Translations under genes and position numbers: made by a program
Shown here: positions 60,476 through 64,000 of the stretch, in pieces
Layout of the letters: each line of letters opens with the position of its first letter
Numbering within the stretch: position 1 is the stretch's first letter
The notes under the pieces: model-generated
Seen by the model: only the letters and a program-made list of their open reading frames with translations
Told to the model about the DNA's origin: nothing
Database searches by the model: none
NCBI GenBank assembly: GCA_035517195.1
Contig: DATIZH010000040.1
Location: 55,310-119,309 of the forward strand
Length of the DNA stretch: 64,000 bases
Origin: Nitrospiria bacterium
Lineage (GTDB): Bacteria > Nitrospirota > Nitrospiria > JACQCE01
Direction: 5' to 3'

Positions 60476-62287
60476 TTGATGGCTGAATCAAAGAGTGGGG
60501 GCCGGGTGACTGAAGCCGATCTTGGCCGCGCGGTCGGACGTCGCCGGTTGAGCGACGTGCTGATTGCGTTGGGTTTCGTGACACGTGAGCAGTGGGAAAC
60601 GGCATCCCTGCCGCAGGCGGGTGAGGCGGGGGAGTCGGGCGCGTCGGCCTCCCCGGTGTCCGACGACATGAAGGCCTGCGAACGCCTGATCAAACAGGGG
60701 GTGTTGGGCGAGGAACAGATTGCCCGTGCGCTGGCGCACCAGGCCCGCCTCGCTTATCAGCCGCTGGAGCAGTTCCGGTTCAACCCGGCGGAGTATCAAT
60801 GGATTCCCGTTGAGTTGATGTATCGCTACCCGTTTGTCCCGTACGCAGCCACGGAGGGGAGTGTGACGATCGTTGTCAGCGACCCCACCAACGTGCGGGC
60901 CCTCGATGAGCTGGAGCTGTTATTGAAGCGGCAGGTGCGGCTCCTGGTGTCGACCCGGACCGCCATCCTGGAGGTGCTCAAGCGCAGCGAGAGCACGACC
61001 CAGGTCCTCAAAAAAGTGGGCGCCGATCTGGGACCGGTGCTGATCAAAGAGGATGAGACCGGCGACGAGGTGCTTTCCGTCGAAAAAATCACCAAGGATG
61101 CCAGCCCCGTCATTCGATTGGTCGACTCCATGCTGTTGAACGCGGTGCAACGGCGTGCGAGCGACATCCACATCGAGGCGACGGACCGGTCGGTCCAGGT
61201 CAAATACCGGATCGACGGCGTGCTCTATCCCGCGATGGCCCCACTGGACTCGCACCTGCTGGCGGCGCTGATTTCCCGCATCAAGGTGATGTCCGACCTC
61301 GACATCGCGGAAAAACGGATCCCGCAGGACGGTCGGTTCAAGCTCAGACTCGAAGGACGCAAAATCGATTTCCGCGTCTCCATCCTGCCCAGCATCTTCG
61401 GCGAGGATGTGGTGATCCGGATCCTGGACAAGGAGTACATCACGGCGGGCGTCAACGAGTTGCGGCTTGACCGGCTGGGGTTCAATCCCGAGGATCTTCG
61501 ACGCTTCCGCCGGGCGATCGTGGAGCCCTACGGCATGGTGCTGGTGACGGGACCGACCGGCAGCGGAAAGACGACCACGCTCTATGCCGCCATCAGTGAA
61601 ATCAACAGCCGGGAGGACAAGCTGATCACGATCGAAGATCCGGTCGAATACCAGCTCGACGGCGTGGTGCAGATCCCGGTCAACGAAAAGAAAGGGCTCA
61701 CGTTCGCACGCGGGCTGCGGTCGATTCTCCGCCACGATCCCGATAAAATCATGGTGGGCGAGATCCGTGATGCGGAAACGGCGCAGATTGCAATCCAGTC
61801 GGCCTTGACGGGCCACCTGGTGTTCACGACGGTGCACGCCAACAATGCCTTCGACGTCATCGGACGGTTCGTCAATATGGGGATCGAACCGTACAACTTT
61901 GTATCCTCGCTGAACTGCATTCTCGCCCAACGACTGGTGCGTGCGATCTGCCGGGCCTGTCGTGAACCGGCGACCATCGACCGGGGTCAGGCCGAAGAGG
62001 CCGGGCTGACGCCCTCCATGCTCAAGGAGGCGACGTTGTCTCAGGGGCGCGGCTGCCATGAGTGCAACGGCACTGGGTTTCAGGGTCGTCGGGCCATCAC
62101 AGAGTTTCTCCACCTCAGCGACACGATACGTGAGATGATTCTTGCCCGGCGCCCGTCCTCCGAACTGCGCAAGCAGGCCATTGCGGAGGGCATGACCACG
62201 CTTCGCCATGCCGGGGTCGAGAAGGTGCTCAAGGGGGAAACGACCCTTCGCGAAATCAATCGAATGACCTTCATTGAGTCGCTGTAA
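60476..62287 (+). CDS. pilB: type IV pilus / T2SS assembly ATPase (PilB/GspE)
   Basis: N1/N2 domains, Walker A GPTGSGKT, Asp/His boxes, tetracysteine CxxC…CxxC zinc motif. Confidence 0.9.
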   Translation: MMAESKSGGRVTEADLGRAVGRRRLSDVLIALGFVTREQWETASLPQAGEAGESGASASPVSDDMKACERLIKQGVLGEEQIARALAHQARLAYQPLEQFRFNPAEYQWIPVELMYRYPFVPYAATEGSVTIVVSDPTNVRALDELELLLKRQVRLLVSTRTAILEVLKRSESTTQVLKKVGADLGPVLIKEDETGDEVLSVEKITKDASPVIRLVDSMLLNAVQRRASDIHIEATDRSVQVKYRIDGVLYPAMAPLDSHLLAALISRIKVMSDLDIAEKRIPQDGRFKLRLEGRKIDFRVSILPSIFGEDVVIRILDKEYITAGVNELRLDRLGFNPEDLRRFRRAIVEPYGMVLVTGPTGSGKTTTLYAAISEINSREDKLITIEDPVEYQLDGVVQIPVNEKKGLTFARGLRSILRHDPDKIMVGEIRDAETAQIAIQSALTGHLVFTTVHANNAFDVIGRFVNMGIEPYNFVSSLNCILAQRLVRAICRACREPATIDRGQAEEAGLTPSMLKEATLSQGRGCHECNGTGFQGRRAITEFLHLSDTIREMILARRPSSELRKQAIAEGMTTLRHAGVEKVLKGETTLREINRMTFIESL

Positions 62288-63355
62288 ATGATGCCCTTCC
62301 GCGTGGTGGCGCGTGCGCCGCGATGGGTGGAACAGTGGTGGACCGTCGCGCCGGAAATCGGCGTCTACATCGGCGCCGGGTGCGTGTCGACGGCGGTCAT
62401 TGCGGCGTCGGCGGGTCGATTCCGGCTTGAGGCGTCTCGTGTCGCGGCGTTGCCCGACGGGGCGGTGCTGCCGTCGCCCCTCGAATCCAACATCCGACGG
62501 CCTGACCTGGTGGTCGAGCGCCTGAAGGCGGCCCTTCCGGCGGTCCGACGGCGCGAGACGGCAATCAGCCTGCCGGATGCCGCCGTGCGCGTGGCGATTC
62601 TCGAATTAGCTCACCTGCCCGCCAGGCGGATGGAGCAGGAGGCGTTGTTTCGCCACCACTTGGAGCAACTCTTTCTGAATCCACTGGGCCGATGCCGATT
62701 TGCGTGCCAGCGGCTGCCGGCTGGTGACGCAGGAAGCCGGGAACGGTGGCTGGTGGCCGCCATCCGGGAGGAGATCCTCGAGGAATACGAGTCCGTGGCC
62801 AGGGCGGCGGGACTTCAGCCATCGGTCGTGGATCTGTCCGCCTTTCATCTGTTCAATTTGTATGAACAACGCATCAATGCGATCCGGCAATCGGGAGGCC
62901 CCGGTCGGCGCGTATTGTTTATGAATTTATTTGATCGGAATTTCACGCTCATCATGGCGGATCAGAGTGGGCCGACTTTGATCCGGATCAAGGCGTTCCC
63001 CGGCGCGGACGGCGACGCCGACCTGATCACGCGCATTCTGGCGGAGATCGACGCGTCACTGCAGTTGACCGATGCCGCTGCCGCGGGCGAGGGGCCGCCC
63101 ATCGAACGGTTCTTTGTCTTCACCGATCGTCCGCTTGACGAGTTGGACGGTCGAATGCGCGATGAGTACCAGGTTGAGACGACGAGGCTCCCCTCAGAAG
63201 ACGGGGCCGGGGTTTCCGTTGAGGGCGCCGGCCGTGATGAACGACAAGGGGCGCCCCCCGGCGCCGCCGAGGGATCCTCAACGGGCACGGACCGTGATGA
63301 CGAGCGCCGAGCGGTGACGATGGCGGTGGCCGCGGCGGTCGGGTGCCGAGGATAA
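62288..63355 (+). CDS. pilM: PilM-like actin-fold assembly protein
   Basis: Position after pilB, actin/GspL-cyto-like N-terminal region; Asp/Glu/Gly-rich tail. Confidence 0.55.
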   Translation: MMPFRVVARAPRWVEQWWTVAPEIGVYIGAGCVSTAVIAASAGRFRLEASRVAALPDGAVLPSPLESNIRRPDLVVERLKAALPAVRRRETAISLPDAAVRVAILELAHLPARRMEQEALFRHHLEQLFLNPLGRCRFACQRLPAGDAGSRERWLVAAIREEILEEYESVARAAGLQPSVVDLSAFHLFNLYEQRINAIRQSGGPGRRVLFMNLFDRNFTLIMADQSGPTLIRIKAFPGADGDADLITRILAEIDASLQLTDAAAAGEGPPIERFFVFTDRPLDELDGRMRDEYQVETTRLPSEDGAGVSVEGAGRDERQGAPPGAAEGSSTGTDRDDERRAVTMAVAAAVGCRG

Positions 63356-63356
63356 C

Positions 63357-63908
63357 GTGTTGCGCCCGATGATCTTCACCGTGAATCTCGCTTCCGAGCC
63401 CGTCGTGCTCCTGAAACGGACGCGTCTGGGGTTGATCGGACTTTCGGTGGTGCTCCTCATGGGGGGCACCGCATTGGTCGGGGTGGGGATGGCTCTCCGC
63501 CAATCGCTTGAGATGGAGACGGCGCGAACCGCACAATTGTCCTCGGAACGCCAGAAGGTGGAGGCGCTGATGCGCCGTCAGTCCATCGTCCTGACCGATG
63601 AAAGCCGCGCGGCGCTCAAAGCGCAGGTCAAGGTGGCGAACCAGATGATCCAACAACGTCTCTTTTCTTGGTCCCGGCTGTTCCTCACGTTGGAGCGCGC
63701 GGTCCCAGCCGGCGTATCGCTGGTCAGCGTACAGCCGCAACCGTCCACCGCCACACTGACGCTCAGGGGCGAAGCGCTCACGCTGGAGCGACTCACCGGA
63801 TTCGTCGGGAAACTCCAGGAGACGGCGCCGTTTCACGATGTCTTCCTCGAGGATCAAAAAGGACAGCCGGATGGAACGGTTAGCTTCGCACTTCATGCCC
63901 GCTACTGA
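63357..63908 (+). CDS. pilN: PilN-like bitopic membrane protein
   Basis: 183 aa, single TM then coiled coil, follows pilM. Confidence 0.55.
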   Translation: MLRPMIFTVNLASEPVVLLKRTRLGLIGLSVVLLMGGTALVGVGMALRQSLEMETARTAQLSSERQKVEALMRRQSIVLTDESRAALKAQVKVANQMIQQRLFSWSRLFLTLERAVPAGVSLVSVQPQPSTATLTLRGEALTLERLTGFVGKLQETAPFHDVFLEDQKGQPDGTVSFALHARY

Positions 63909-64000
63909 CGTGTTGAAGACGCCACCCGTCTCGGCGCTGGGCGGCTTGGGCCGTTGGAGGCGGTGGGCCGCTTGGTTGAAGGGTCCGCTGCTCTTCATCG
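63897..64000 (+). CDS. probable PilO-like protein, 3'-truncated by window end
   Basis: ATG 63897 overlapping pilN stop; continues beyond window. Confidence 0.3.

Overview
High-GC (~65%) bacterial chromosomal window, densely coding and mostly housekeeping genes. No transposase, integrase, CRISPR array, or recognisable defence genes were seen.

Main contents, in order:
- Complete N-ATPase-type F-ATPase operon with no delta subunit gene: beta, epsilon, small AtpQ/AtpR-like membrane protein, a, c, b, alpha, gamma (1153-7335).
- Large AsmA-family protein with an internal tandem duplication.
- Initiator tRNA-fMet followed by the def-fmt-rsmB-rpe translation cluster.
- Archaeal/eukaryal-type pheS-pheT.
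- Minus-strand tRNA-Val-thrS-infC-rpmI-rplT operon.
- hup, then an hsp20-clpB heat-shock unit followed by a pseudo-receiver/Fis-type regulator.
- Lytic transglycosylase and nadB.
- An unannotated-looking 30-aa bS22-like ribosomal protein gene.
- TauE permease.
- Exopolysaccharide-like locus: BcsA-like GT2 synthase with two PilZ domains, a GT-C/PMT-like membrane glycosyltransferase, and a small secreted aromatic-rich protein.
- rplI and a Kelch-repeat lipoprotein.
- A ~600-bp intergenic GC-hairpin repeat array.
- nfeD-SPFH pair, ktrB/ktrA, hemL, HAD phosphatase.
- DUF4390-like/HK/sigma54-RR module.
- Outer-membrane biogenesis operon: Pro-rich protein, tamB, bamA, TPR-zinc-peptidase.
- mazG and the start of a type IV pilus/T2SS-like cluster (pilC, pilB, pilM, pilN, partial pilO).

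Most notable: the N-ATPase operon, the dual-PilZ synthase/GT-C locus, the bS22-like micro-gene, the hairpin-repeat array, a GGGTCAAGGG inverted-repeat motif at two unrelated intergenic sites, and a hairpin overlapping the 3' end of tRNA-fMet.
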